Part shown: positions 20,557-30,557 of the stretch, piece by piece
How the letters are laid out: each line of letters begins with the position of its first letter
Position numbering within the stretch: position 1 is the stretch's first letter
Origin: SAR86 cluster bacterium
GTDB lineage: Bacteria > Pseudomonadota > Gammaproteobacteria > Magnimaribacterales > D2472
Reading direction: 5' to 3'
NCBI GenBank assembly: GCA_003331545.1
Contig: QOPC01000004.1
Span: 1 to 46,774, forward strand
Length of the DNA: 46,774 bases
Translations under genes and position numbers: made by a program
Notes under the pieces: model-generated
What the model saw: only the letters and a program-made list of their open reading frames with translations
The model's database searches: none
What the model was told of the DNA's origin: nothing

Positions 20557-21276
20557 ATGGAAAAAATATCTCAAATTACTACTGGAAAAGCCAAATCTTT
20601 GTATACCACCAATGAACCCGATCAATTAATTATGGAATTCAGGGATGATACGTCTGCTTTTGATGGTAAAAAAATGGAAGCTTTAGATAACAAAGGAAAA
20701 GTAAATAATCAATTTAATGCATTTGTTATGGAGTTTTTAGCATCTGAAGGTATAGAAACCCACTTTATCAAGCTTCTTTCTAATCAGGAATCTTTGGTGT
20801 ACAAGCTTGAAATGTTTCCAATTGAATGTGTAGTTAGAAATAGGGCAACAGGCTCACTTTGCAAACGTCTAGGCATTGAAGACGGATTGATACTTGATCC
20901 ACCGTTATTCGAGTTTTTTTTGAAAGATGATGATTTAGGAGATCCTCTCATAAATGATCACCATATTGAATCATTTGGCTGGGCATCTCAAGAAGATGCT
21001 GACGCAATGAGAGAATTAACTCTAAAAATTAATGATATTTTAGTAGGATTTTTCATGGAGGCTAACCTGATACTAGTGGATTACAAATTAGAGTTTGGAA
21101 AATTCCAGGGAAAAATGCTTCTTGCTGATGAATTTACCCCAGATGGATGCCGTCTGTGGGATAAAGATACATTAACAAAAATGGATAAAGATAGATTCCG
21201 TCAAGATTTAGGAAACGTAATAGAAACCTATGGCGAGGTAGGGGAAAGACTTGGAATGCAGATAAAACTTGACTAA
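20557..21276 (+). CDS. purC: SAICAR synthase
   Basis: [48 protein letters not shown]. Confidence 0.98.
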   Translation: MEKISQITTGKAKSLYTTNEPDQLIMEFRDDTSAFDGKKMEALDNKGKVNNQFNAFVMEFLASEGIETHFIKLLSNQESLVYKLEMFPIECVVRNRATGSLCKRLGIEDGLILDPPLFEFFLKDDDLGDPLINDHHIESFGWASQEDADAMRELTLKINDILVGFFMEANLILVDYKLEFGKFQGKMLLADEFTPDGCRLWDKDTLTKMDKDRFRQDLGNVIETYGEVGERLGMQIKLD

Positions 21277-21289
21277 TTTAGTCAGGTAT
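21265..21289. promoter_or_regulatory. IscR type-1 operator overlapping the isc promoter
   Basis: AAACTTGACTAATTTAGTCAGGTAT matches ATASYYGACTRWWWYAGTCRRSTAT at 24/25 positions; contains -35 TTGACT (21269-21274), with GATAAT at 21291-21296. Confidence 0.88.
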
Positions 21290-21302
21290 TGATAATACCT
21301 GC

Positions 21303-21743
21303 ATGAACTTCACAACAAAGAGTCGCTATGCAGTTAATGCTCTAGCTGATCTAGAATTCCTTTCAGATGACAACACCCCGGTTGCATTAACTGAGATAGC
21401 TGCAAGGCAAGGCATAGATCTAACTTATCTTGAGCAATTATTTAGAAAACTAAGGATTGCAGGTATTGTAAAGAGTGTTCGAGGAAGAAACGGAGGGTAT
21501 ATATATGCCGAACATCCTCAAAAAATAAGCATTAAAACTATCATGAACGCTGTTGAAGAGAACTTAGATGCAACCAATTGTGCTGGAACTTCATCATGTC
21601 GTGCGGGACAAAAATGCAATTCCCATAAATTATGGGATGATTTAAATAATGTTGTCGATAATTTTTTAAGTGATATATCTATATTAGATCTTGTAGAAAA
21701 GCCTAAGAGACCCCATATACTTCTTAAGGAAATACAATCATGA
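21303..21743 (+). CDS. iscR: Fe-S cluster assembly regulator IscR
   Basis: [24 protein letters not shown]-x5-C-x5-C-x2-H ligands ([16 protein letters not shown]). Confidence 0.95.
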   Translation: MNFTTKSRYAVNALADLEFLSDDNTPVALTEIAARQGIDLTYLEQLFRKLRIAGIVKSVRGRNGGYIYAEHPQKISIKTIMNAVEENLDATNCAGTSSCRAGQKCNSHKLWDDLNNVVDNFLSDISILDLVEKPKRPHILLKEIQS

Positions 21744-22966
21744 GTAGCAATATAAAATTACCAATTTACATGGATTATGCATCTACAACTCCCGTTGATC
21801 CTAGAGTTGCAAAAAAAATTTCTGATCATTTGACTCTTGATGGAAATTTTGGAAATCCTGCTTCTCGTTCTCATAAATTCGGATGGCAGGCTGAGGAAGC
21901 TGTCGAGGAAGCTAGGTCCCATGTGGCTAACTTAGTTAATTGTGATCCAAGAGAAATAGTTTGGACCTCAGGTGCGACTGAGGCAGATAATCTTGCAATC
22001 AAGGGTATTGCTAATTTTTATCAAAAAAATGGAAAGCACATCATTACATCTAAAATAGAACACAAGGCAGTGCTGGATCCTTGCAGACAACTTGAAAGAG
22101 ATGGTTTTGAGGTAACTTACCTTGAGCCTAATGAGGGAGGTTTAATAACCGCTGAGGCTATCTCGAACGCAATAAGAGAAGATACAATTTTAATTTCAAT
22201 TATGCATATCAATAATGAATTGGGCACAATTAATGATTTAGATAGCATTGGAACACTTGCTCGTGAAAAAGGAATATTTTTTCATGTAGATGCTGCCCAA
22301 AGTACCGGAAAAGTTGCTATTGATTTAACTTCTCTTCCAGTCGACTTGATGTCATTTTCAGCACATAAAACATACGGGCCTAAGGGAATAGGAGCATTAT
22401 TTGTTCGAAGAAAGCCTAGAGTAAGAATTGAAGCACAGATACATGGAGGCGGTCACGAGCGAGGCATGCGGTCTGGAACATTAGCTACACATCAGATTGT
22501 TGGGATGGGAGAAGCCTTTAGAATTGCTAAAGAAGAAATGGATGCCGATACAAAAAGAGTTGAAGCTTTGCATAAAAGGTTTTTTGAATCGGTATCAAAT
22601 ATTGAAGAAGTCTACGTTAATGGAGATCCTGATAACAAAGTGAGCAATATTTTGAACATTAGCTTTGCATATGTGGAAGGCGAATCTTTGATTATGGCTT
22701 TAAAAGATATAGCAGTATCGTCAGGATCTGCCTGTACATCTGCAAGCTTAGAGCCATCTTATGTTCTCAGAGCTCTTGGAAGGAAGGATGAACTAGCCTC
22801 AAGTTCCATTCGTTTTTCTTTTGGAAGATTCACAACCGATCAAGAGGTTGATTATACCGTTTCGTTAATAAACCACGCAGTTGAAAGGCTCAGAGAGTTA
22901 TCACCTCTCTGGGAAATGTATCTGGATGGAATTGATTTGGATACTGTAGATTGGCAAACGCACTAA
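21740..22966 (+). CDS. iscS: Cysteine desulfurase IscS
   Basis: [41 protein letters not shown]. Confidence 0.98.
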   Translation: MSSNIKLPIYMDYASTTPVDPRVAKKISDHLTLDGNFGNPASRSHKFGWQAEEAVEEARSHVANLVNCDPREIVWTSGATEADNLAIKGIANFYQKNGKHIITSKIEHKAVLDPCRQLERDGFEVTYLEPNEGGLITAEAISNAIREDTILISIMHINNELGTINDLDSIGTLAREKGIFFHVDAAQSTGKVAIDLTSLPVDLMSFSAHKTYGPKGIGALFVRRKPRVRIEAQIHGGGHERGMRSGTLATHQIVGMGEAFRIAKEEMDADTKRVEALHKRFFESVSNIEEVYVNGDPDNKVSNILNISFAYVEGESLIMALKDIAVSSGSACTSASLEPSYVLRALGRKDELASSSIRFSFGRFTTDQEVDYTVSLINHAVERLRELSPLWEMYLDGIDLDTVDWQTH

Positions 22967-22982
22967 ATATTGGGAGGTATTT

Positions 22983-23387
22983 ATGGCATATAGTAAAAAA
23001 GTAGTTGATAAATTTGAAAATACTATCAACGAACCAGCAAAGTTTAATGTTGGGAGATTTGATCCCAAAGAAATAAATGTTGGAACAGGAATGGTCGGTG
23101 CACCAGCGTGTGGTGATGTTATGAAGCTTCAAATTAAATGTGAAAGCCAGGGAAACACTCATGTGATCAAAGATGTTAAATTTAAGACCTATGGTTGTGG
23201 GTCTGCAATAGCCTCATCTAGCGAATTAGTTGAGATGTTGATTGGTAAAACTCTTGAGGAAGCCAAGGAAATTAAAAATATAGACATTGTCGAGGCACTG
23301 GAACTGCCTCCTATCAAAATTCATTGCTCTGTTCTTGCAGAAGATTCTATCCGACAAGCGATTGAGGATTACGAGCAGAAACAGTAA
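22983..23387 (+). CDS. iscU: Fe-S scaffold IscU
   Basis: GAPACGDVMKLQI, FKTYGCGSAIASSS, LPPIKIHCSVLAED. Confidence 0.97.
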   Translation: MAYSKKVVDKFENTINEPAKFNVGRFDPKEINVGTGMVGAPACGDVMKLQIKCESQGNTHVIKDVKFKTYGCGSAIASSSELVEMLIGKTLEEAKEIKNIDIVEALELPPIKIHCSVLAEDSIRQAIEDYEQKQ

Positions 23388-23392
23388 AACAA

Positions 23393-23740
23393 ATGGAAAA
23401 GTTTTCCTCAAAAGAGCTAAGATTTTCTGATAGAGCCATTTCACATTTTAGTACCAGCCTGAGCAATAATGGTGAAGGTGATGGCATTAGAATAGGAGTT
23501 AGAAAAGCTGGATGCTCCGGTTTCGAATATTTTTTTGAGTTTGTTGATGCCAAATTAACTAATGCAACTGATTTCATTTTTGATGAAGGCAACATTAAAA
23601 TCTATGTTGACCAAGATAGCCTAGATTATTTGAGAGGTAGTCTGGTAGATTATTCTGAAGATGGCTTTAATCAAGGCATCAAGTTTCATAATCCAAATGC
23701 TAAAGCAGTTTGTGGTTGTGGCGAAAGCTTCACTATTTAG
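23393..23740 (+). CDS. iscA: A-type Fe-S carrier IscA
   Basis: GCSGFEY, NPNA...CGCGESF; follows iscU. Confidence 0.95.
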   Translation: MEKFSSKELRFSDRAISHFSTSLSNNGEGDGIRIGVRKAGCSGFEYFFEFVDAKLTNATDFIFDEGNIKIYVDQDSLDYLRGSLVDYSEDGFNQGIKFHNPNAKAVCGCGESFTI

Positions 23741-23741
23741 C

Positions 23742-24080
23742 ATGGCAAAAATCAAAATGTTACCTCATTTTGAGTTATGTCCTGATGGGGCTGAGTTCGA
23801 AACAAAAAAAGATGAATCAATTTGTGAAGCTGCCTTAAGAAATGGTATCAAGATAGAGCATGCATGTGAAATGTCATGTGCGTGTACTACATGTCATGTT
23901 ATTGTAAGGGAAGGATTCGATAGCTTAGAGGATGCTTCAGAGACAGAGGAAGATATGCTTGATAAAGCTTGGGGTCTAGAATCAAACTCCCGATTAAGCT
24001 GTCAAACAGTTCCAGATGAGGGAGATTTTACTGTTGAGTTACCAAAATATACTATCAATCAAGTTTCTGAGGACCACTAA
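23742..24080 (+). CDS. fdx: ISC [2Fe-2S] ferredoxin
   Basis: EHACEMSCACTTCHV, EEDMLDKAWGL, SRLSCQ; start set at ATG 23742 (MAKIKMLPH), not the ORF track's 23661. Confidence 0.96.
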   Translation: MAKIKMLPHFELCPDGAEFETKKDESICEAALRNGIKIEHACEMSCACTTCHVIVREGFDSLEDASETEEDMLDKAWGLESNSRLSCQTVPDEGDFTVELPKYTINQVSEDH

Positions 24081-24280
24081 TGAAAAATACATGGTCTGAC
24101 ATACTTGAAATAGCAATAGATCTTGCTGAGACTTTTCCTGAAGTAGATCCTAAATGGATTAGTTTTCCTGATTTGCATCAAAAGATATGCAGTTTAGAAA
24201 ATTTTGATGATGATCCAAATGGATCAAACGAAAAAATACTAGAAGCAATTCAGATGTCATGGATGGATGAATTAGGATAA
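24080..24280 (+). CDS. iscX: Fe-S assembly protein IscX (YfhJ)
   Basis: W.D..EIAI.L...P.VDP, FDDDP..SNEKILEAIQ..W.DE. Confidence 0.95.
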   Translation: MKNTWSDILEIAIDLAETFPEVDPKWISFPDLHQKICSLENFDDDPNGSNEKILEAIQMSWMDELG

Positions 24281-24315
24281 CTCCCCTATAATGTCGCAAA
24301 TTCTGGAGTAATCAT

Positions 24316-24735
24316 ATGACAATACAAAGAACACTTTCAATCATTAAGCCTGATGCTACTTCAAAAAATATTATTGGAAAAATAATAGATAGATTTGAGG
24401 AAAGTGGCCTTAAGATTATTGCAGGAAAATTAATACACATGGATAAAGAAAAAGCCGCTGGCTTTTACGCTGAGCATGATGGGAAACCTTTCTTCCCTAA
24501 TCTTGTGGAATACATGACCTCTGCTCCAGTTTTTGTCCAAGTTCTTGAGGGAGATAATGCTGTCTCAAAAAATAGAGAGCTAATGGGAGCCACTAATCCA
24601 AATGATGCAGATCCAGGAACCATCAGAGCAGACTTTGCCGAAACAATTGATGCTAATGCGGTTCATGGATCAGATTCAGCTGAAAGCGCGACCAGAGAAA
24701 TTGCTTATTTTTTTGATGATAATGAAATCTTTTAA
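24316..24735 (+). CDS. ndk: Nucleoside diphosphate kinase
   Basis: [26 protein letters not shown]; TATAAT at 24287-24292 and GGAG SD upstream. Confidence 0.98.
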   Translation: MTIQRTLSIIKPDATSKNIIGKIIDRFEESGLKIIAGKLIHMDKEKAAGFYAEHDGKPFFPNLVEYMTSAPVFVQVLEGDNAVSKNRELMGATNPNDADPGTIRADFAETIDANAVHGSDSAESATREIAYFFDDNEIF

Positions 24736-24739
24736 CTGA

Positions 24740-25834
24740 GTGCAAAAAGAAAAAATTAACCTGCTTGGATTTACCCACGAGCGACTGGTTGAATTTTTTG
24801 ATTCGATAGATCAACCTCGCTTTAGAGCCTCTCAACTTCTAAAATGGATCCACCAAAGGGGAGTCATTGATTTCATGTTGATGACTGATTTTAGTCTTGA
24901 ATTAAGAAATAACCTATCTGTCATTGCTGAAGTTAAGCCACCTTCTGTTGAAGAGTGTCATGTGTCACCCGAGGGAACAAAAAAGTATTTAATTAAGCTA
25001 GAGTCGGGCTCAATGATCGAGATGGTAAAGATACCAGAGAAAAAGAGGATGACTTTGTGTATATCTTCTCAAGCAGGATGTGCACTGCAATGTACTTTTT
25101 GTGCTACTGGGGCACAGGGCTTTGAAAAAAATTTATCAGATGCTGAAATTATTGGTCAGTTATGGCTGGCTAATTTCTATGATTCTTCAAGTCCTTTGAT
25201 CTCCAATGTTGTATTTATGGGCATGGGCGAGCCACTTTTAAATGTTGAAAATGTGCTTTCATCTATTAGCCTCATGCTGCATCAAAATGCTTATGGCTTG
25301 TCCAAAAGGAGAATTACCTTAAGCACCTCAGGAATTGTTCCAGAGATTAATAAACTTGCTGAAAGAACAGACGTTTCATTGGCAATATCTTTGCATGCAG
25401 CCAATAATATTCTTAGAGATGAGATTGTTCCGATAAATAAAAAATATCCATTAAATGATTTACTGGATGCTTGTAAGCAGTATTTAAACAATCAAAGCAA
25501 ACGCAAAACAATTACCATTGAATACATATTAATAGATGGGATAAATGATTCTATAGAGCATGCTAAAGATTTAGTGAAAATTTTAAAAGGATTGCCTTGC
25601 AAGATTAATCTCATTCCATTTAATCCTTTTGAGGGTTGTGATTACATGCGTTCTAAAGAAGACACTATAAAAGATTTTAAAAATTTTCTAGTGAAAAAAG
25701 GCTTCATTACTACTCTTAGAATCACAAGAGGAGACGCAATTGATGGCGCATGTGGACAGCTCGTAGGAAACCTTAAAAAAAGTGTGAAAGGCAAAAATAA
25801 TAAAAATTCAATTAATTTAATAAATACCTTATGA
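24740..25834 (+). CDS. rlmN: 23S rRNA/tRNA m2A methyltransferase RlmN
   Basis: CISSQAGCALQCTFC radical SAM motif, FMGMGEPL, SLHA, ACGQL. Confidence 0.97.
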   Translation: MQKEKINLLGFTHERLVEFFDSIDQPRFRASQLLKWIHQRGVIDFMLMTDFSLELRNNLSVIAEVKPPSVEECHVSPEGTKKYLIKLESGSMIEMVKIPEKKRMTLCISSQAGCALQCTFCATGAQGFEKNLSDAEIIGQLWLANFYDSSSPLISNVVFMGMGEPLLNVENVLSSISLMLHQNAYGLSKRRITLSTSGIVPEINKLAERTDVSLAISLHAANNILRDEIVPINKKYPLNDLLDACKQYLNNQSKRKTITIEYILIDGINDSIEHAKDLVKILKGLPCKINLIPFNPFEGCDYMRSKEDTIKDFKNFLVKKGFITTLRITRGDAIDGACGQLVGNLKKSVKGKNNKNSINLINTL

Positions 25835-26406
25835 ATCTTAAGTCTGCACACACAGGAAAGATTGGAAAGATTTTTAGAGATCAGCGAATCCAAAGGTCCC
25901 TTAGTGAAATTGAGGTTGCAGAAAGAGCGCTGATTAATATCGAGTATATCAAAGCTATAGAATCTGGTGACTACTCAATTTTTCCTGCAAGAACTTATGC
26001 GCTTCAATATTTTGAAAAATATGCAAAGTTTCTTGGTCTAGAAGTAAAATTTTTTGATATCTATAGTTCTGAAGTTGTAGCCCAGGCTAATAGAGAGGAT
26101 CTACCCGAGGAAATCTTCGAACCATTCTTAGAAAAAAACAAGATATTTAGCTCAATTCTATTTGTACTAACTTTTATAGCAGTTATTTTTTTATTTACTT
26201 CTAAGGATAATGTTTCAGAGAGCAATCCAATGAAAATTCAAGAGATAGAAGTTAATATCTTATCTGATGATAATATAGACGCTAGCATGATAACCCATCC
26301 TGAAATTGATGGGCTGCATACTGAGATTGATAGCTTTTTAAATCAAGATAAGCTTGATTCCGCAGAGGTTAGTGCTAATGTTGATAGAACTGATCCTACA
26401 TCATGA
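25831..26406 (+). CDS. rodZ: RodZ-like HTH + TM protein (short)
   Basis: HTH_25-like N-terminus ([11 protein letters not shown]...Y...Y...YAKFLGL), single TM; upstream of ispG. Confidence 0.78.
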   Translation: MNLKSAHTGKIGKIFRDQRIQRSLSEIEVAERALINIEYIKAIESGDYSIFPARTYALQYFEKYAKFLGLEVKFFDIYSSEVVAQANREDLPEEIFEPFLEKNKIFSSILFVLTFIAVIFLFTSKDNVSESNPMKIQEIEVNILSDDNIDASMITHPEIDGLHTEIDSFLNQDKLDSAEVSANVDRTDPTS

Positions 26407-27500
26407 ATAATTCTTGGATAGAAAGAAAAAAAACAAATCCTATTTTTGTTGGTGATGTTGGTGTTGGCGGGGATTTTCCTATCTCAATTCAATCTATGAC
26501 TAATACCAATACTGCTGATGTTCAGGCAACTATTGGCCAAATAGAGGATTTACAGGCAGCTGGCGCTGACATTGTAAGGGTGTCAGTTCCTGATAAAGAT
26601 TGTGCAAAGGCATTTAAGAAAATTAAGAATTCAGTTTCTTTGCCCCTTGTTGCAGACATTCATTTTGACTATAAAATTGCTTTACTTGTAGCTGATTCTG
26701 CTGATTGTCTTAGAATTAATCCTGGAAATATAGGCAAGGCAAATAAAGTAAAGGAAATTATTCATGCTGCAAATGATAATAATATTCCCATAAGAATTGG
26801 CGTTAATGCTGGCTCTTTAGAAAAAGACTTACAAAAGAAATATACAGAACCTAATGCTGACGCTTTAGTTGAATCGGCATTGCGACATGTGGAGATATTA
26901 GATAGGCACAACTTTACCAATTTCAAATTAAGTCTTAAAGCTTCAAACATTCAAATGACAGTTGAAAGTTATAGAAAGTTTTCTAAATTGCTTGATCAAC
27001 CCTTGCATCTAGGAATCACTGAATCAGGAAGCTTCAGAGCAGGTTCCGTAAAATCATCTATTGGGTTGGGTATGCTGCTTTCTGAGGGTATTGGAGATAC
27101 TATCAGAGTTTCTCTAGCTTCTGATCCGGTTGATGAAATTAAAATTGGATGGGATATTTTAAAAAGTCTTAATTTAAGAAGTAGAGGTATTAGAATAGTC
27201 GCATGCCCTAGTTGTTCTAGGCAAAACTTTAATGTTATAGAGGTAGTGAACGAACTTGAAACAAGATTTGAGGGAATATCGGAAGATTTAGAAGTGGCTA
27301 TAATTGGCTGTTATGTAAATGGTCCTGGAGAATCTAAGGCAGCAGATGTTGGCTTGACAGGTGGTCCAAGCAACTTGCTCTATGTAGATGGCTTGCCTTC
27401 AAAAAAAGTTTCTAATGAGAAACTTATTGATACAATAGAGGAGCAGGTAAAAGAGCAGCTGGAAAAAAGAAATACATCCAATATTATTGCAAAAGGTTAG
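26403..27500 (+). CDS. ispG: HMBPP synthase IspG
   Basis: [38 protein letters not shown]. Confidence 0.98.
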   Translation: MNNSWIERKKTNPIFVGDVGVGGDFPISIQSMTNTNTADVQATIGQIEDLQAAGADIVRVSVPDKDCAKAFKKIKNSVSLPLVADIHFDYKIALLVADSADCLRINPGNIGKANKVKEIIHAANDNNIPIRIGVNAGSLEKDLQKKYTEPNADALVESALRHVEILDRHNFTNFKLSLKASNIQMTVESYRKFSKLLDQPLHLGITESGSFRAGSVKSSIGLGMLLSEGIGDTIRVSLASDPVDEIKIGWDILKSLNLRSRGIRIVACPSCSRQNFNVIEVVNELETRFEGISEDLEVAIIGCYVNGPGESKAADVGLTGGPSNLLYVDGLPSKKVSNEKLIDTIEEQVKEQLEKRNTSNIIAKG

Positions 27501-27503
27501 AAA

Positions 27504-28748
27504 GTGAAGATTCAATCATTAAGAGGCATGCCTGATCTTTTTCCTGAAGATTTAGAAAGATGGCATTTATTTGAATCCAAGCTTGCAAAGGTCTTCAATT
27601 CTTTTAATACCCATCAAATTCGAGTGCCATTCCTGGAGTCCACCGAGCTATTTTTAAGATCAGTGGGTGGCGCATCTGATATTGTGAATAAAGAACTATA
27701 TTCATTCTTAGATCGCAATGAAGAAAGTATTTGTCTAAGACCTGAGGGAACAGCCGGTGTAATTAGAGCAATCATTCAAAAAAAACAAGAACAAGAAACA
27801 CATAAACTTTGGTACCAAGGGCCAATGTTTCGATATGAAAGACCCCAAAAAGGGAGATTGAGGCAGTTTCATCAGATTGGAGTTGAATATCTTGGATTTG
27901 AAGAGGGAATTTCTGAATATGAGTTAATTTCAATGGTTATACATATCAATCAATCAATTGGCATCAAAGACTTTACATTGAAGGTAAATCATCTTGGAGA
28001 TGAGCAAGCTAAAGAAAGTTTTAGTAAAGCGCTTGTAAGCTTTCTTAAGCCACATATTGATGATCTGCATGAAAAAGATCAATCGAGATTAAATTCTAAT
28101 CCTATGAGAATCTTGGACTCTAAAGAGCAATCTACGCAGATATTGCTTGAAGGCGGTCCTAAATTTCAGGATTTTATTTCCGAAAGTTCAAATAAATTTT
28201 TACAAAATCTTATCGATGCATTTAAGGATCAATGCAATATTCAAATAGATCACTCGTTAGTAAGGGGATTGGACTATTATTCTGGAATTGTTTTTGAGGC
28301 TGTCTCAGAAGATCTTGGAGCTCAAGATGCTTTTCTTGGTGGGGGTAGATATGACAATCTATCTCAGCAACTTGGGGGCAAACAAATGCATGCAATTGGT
28401 TTTGCAATTGGCGTTGAGAGAATCTTAGAACTTTTCAATACTCAAAATATAAAACAGCCACCAAAAGTTGGGTTCATTGTTACAGGAGAGCAGATTCCTC
28501 AAAAAACCTCTAAAATAGCTCAAGATTTAAGGGTAGCTAATAATAAAATTATTCTTCAAACATTTCTCAGTAATGGAAGCTTAAAATCTCAACTCAGAAA
28601 AGCAAATAAGAATAATTGCAATTTTGTAATCATAATAGGTGATACTGAGCTAAAAAATGAACAAGTAATCTGGAAAGACCTTTCTGAGGATGGGGATCAA
28701 GAGCTCCTCAGCCTTCAGGAAATTACAGATAAATACATAAATCTCTAG
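27504..28748 (+). CDS. hisS: Histidine--tRNA ligase
   Basis: LRPEGTA, FRYERPQKGRLRQFHQ, LVRGLDYY, GGGRYD. Confidence 0.98.
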   Translation: MKIQSLRGMPDLFPEDLERWHLFESKLAKVFNSFNTHQIRVPFLESTELFLRSVGGASDIVNKELYSFLDRNEESICLRPEGTAGVIRAIIQKKQEQETHKLWYQGPMFRYERPQKGRLRQFHQIGVEYLGFEEGISEYELISMVIHINQSIGIKDFTLKVNHLGDEQAKESFSKALVSFLKPHIDDLHEKDQSRLNSNPMRILDSKEQSTQILLEGGPKFQDFISESSNKFLQNLIDAFKDQCNIQIDHSLVRGLDYYSGIVFEAVSEDLGAQDAFLGGGRYDNLSQQLGGKQMHAIGFAIGVERILELFNTQNIKQPPKVGFIVTGEQIPQKTSKIAQDLRVANNKIILQTFLSNGSLKSQLRKANKNNCNFVIIIGDTELKNEQVIWKDLSEDGDQELLSLQEITDKYINL

Positions 28749-28756
28749 GAGACATA

Positions 28757-29392
28757 ATGGCAGAATATAGTTCAGACGAAGAAAGATTTGCAGCATTGGT
28801 AAATTTTTTTAAAGATAATAAAAATATACTTCTAATTGTCCTCTCTGTCATATCAGTATTTTTTATTACTTCAATAAGTTTAAATTCATATAATAATTCT
28901 CAAAACGAAAAAGCAGCAGAAATTTATGATGCCTGGTTTTCAACTTTTAGCAATGATTCAAAAGATGGACAAGATTATTACAATAGCTTGCAAACTAAAT
29001 ACTCTAATACTGGATATGCACAACTTGCAACAATGATCAAAGCTTCTTCTCTTGCCAGAGAAGGCGATCTTGATTCAGCTTTAATAGATTTTTTGGAATT
29101 ATTAGATGCCTCATCTGGCATATTTGGAAATGAGATGCTTAGCTCAATTGCAAAGATTAATATTGCACGAATTGAATTAAGCAAAAAAAATTACACAGAT
29201 GTTTTGAAAACCCTTGAATCATTTAATTCAAATTCTGAGCACTCTCTTGTTTATGAGATCAAAGGGGATGCTTTATTGGGACTGCAAAAAAATGACTTAG
29301 CATTAGATCAATATTCCCTGGCTCTTGAAAATACTCAAAATGAGTCTCAAAAGTCACTGATAAAAATGAAGATAAATAGAGTTAATAACTAA
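28757..29392 (+). CDS. yfgM: YfgM family TPR membrane protein
   Basis: N-terminal single TM, TGYAQLA, ARIEL, EIKGDAL; between hisS and bamB. Confidence 0.88.
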   Translation: MAEYSSDEERFAALVNFFKDNKNILLIVLSVISVFFITSISLNSYNNSQNEKAAEIYDAWFSTFSNDSKDGQDYYNSLQTKYSNTGYAQLATMIKASSLAREGDLDSALIDFLELLDASSGIFGNEMLSSIAKINIARIELSKKNYTDVLKTLESFNSNSEHSLVYEIKGDALLGLQKNDLALDQYSLALENTQNESQKSLIKMKINRVNN

Positions 29393-29397
29393 ATTTC

Positions 29398-30543
29398 ATG
29401 AAAAAAAATATATTCCTAAGCATTTTTTTACTGCTAATATCCTCTTGTTCAACATTAGCTTTTTGGTCAGATGATTCTGAGGAAGATCTAATTGAACCTG
29501 TTTCTTTAGAATCTATCAAAGATGAATACTCAATCTCAGTAGAGTGGAAGAAATCTTTTAAAGGCGAAAATAGCTTAGGCTCTTTTAAACCATCATTTTA
29601 CTCAGGTAGCATGCTAATTGCAGATCCAGAGGGTAATGTTCATTCAGCAAATGCTGTATCTGGAAAAATTAATTGGCAGATAAATCTCGATCGAGAATTG
29701 TCATCAGGTGTAGCTTCAGGTTTTGGGAAACTAGTTGTATCAGACATAGATGGTTTTGTAATAGCAATTGACTCTGAGAGACAAGAAATTCTTTGGGAAA
29801 AAAATATTGGTGGTGAAATCCTTTCTAACGCAGTGATCAGTGCCTCTCATGTGATTGCAAAGAACTCAGTAGGCGAGCTTGTTGCCTTGGACTCTTCTTC
29901 AGGTGAAAAAAATTGGTCATTTAGATCTCAATTACCAGCATTAACAGTTAGGGGGACTGGCGAGCCGATTATAGAAGATGGTATTGTTTTCTCTACATTT
30001 GATAACGGTCGATTGGCAGCATTTCAATTAGATACTGGCTTTTTTTTATGGGATGCTCCCATATCTTTTTTGGAGGGGTCCTCAGAACTTGAAAATCTTA
30101 TAGATGCAGATTCTGCTCCAATTTTAGCAAAGCAATTAATTTTTGCGACAAACTACCAAGGAAATCTCACTGCGTTTGATATTGCTCAAAAAAGACCAGT
30201 GTGGAATGAAGATGCCTCTTCTTTTTATTCACCAATTGCTGTCAATAACATGATTATGGTGATCCAAGATGATAGCTCAATTATTTCTTTTTCACTTAAC
30301 AATTTATCGAAATCATGGACTTCAGAGGAATATCTTAGAAGAGATTTATCTAATGGGGCTGTTTATAAAAATTTACTGTTAGTTGGAGATTTAGAAGGCT
30401 ATGTTCATGTAATAAATCCATTGACTGGCATTACTGTTGGAAGAAAAAAAGTAACAGGAAAACCAATAATGAGCATTGTTACTTTTAGAGATCTTGCGTA
30501 TGTCGTTGATCAGGATTCTAATATAGTTGCAATTAAGCTCTAA
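29398..30543 (+). CDS. bamB: Outer membrane protein assembly lipoprotein BamB
   Basis: Lipobox ISSC, PQQ-like beta-propeller repeats, PALTVRG, SELE.L.D, GDLEGYVH. Confidence 0.93.
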   Translation: MKKNIFLSIFLLLISSCSTLAFWSDDSEEDLIEPVSLESIKDEYSISVEWKKSFKGENSLGSFKPSFYSGSMLIADPEGNVHSANAVSGKINWQINLDRELSSGVASGFGKLVVSDIDGFVIAIDSERQEILWEKNIGGEILSNAVISASHVIAKNSVGELVALDSSSGEKNWSFRSQLPALTVRGTGEPIIEDGIVFSTFDNGRLAAFQLDTGFFLWDAPISFLEGSSELENLIDADSAPILAKQLIFATNYQGNLTAFDIAQKRPVWNEDASSFYSPIAVNNMIMVIQDDSSIISFSLNNLSKSWTSEEYLRRDLSNGAVYKNLLLVGDLEGYVHVINPLTGITVGRKKVTGKPIMSIVTFRDLAYVVDQDSNIVAIKL

Positions 30544-30557
30544 GATGTCCTTAAAAA

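Noticed and set aside
23661-23741. N-terminal extension of fdx given by the ORF track (similarly sdhD from 32481 and pcm from 243)
   Set aside because: These extensions overlap the upstream genes, and family-typical N-termini start at 23742, 32523 and 288.
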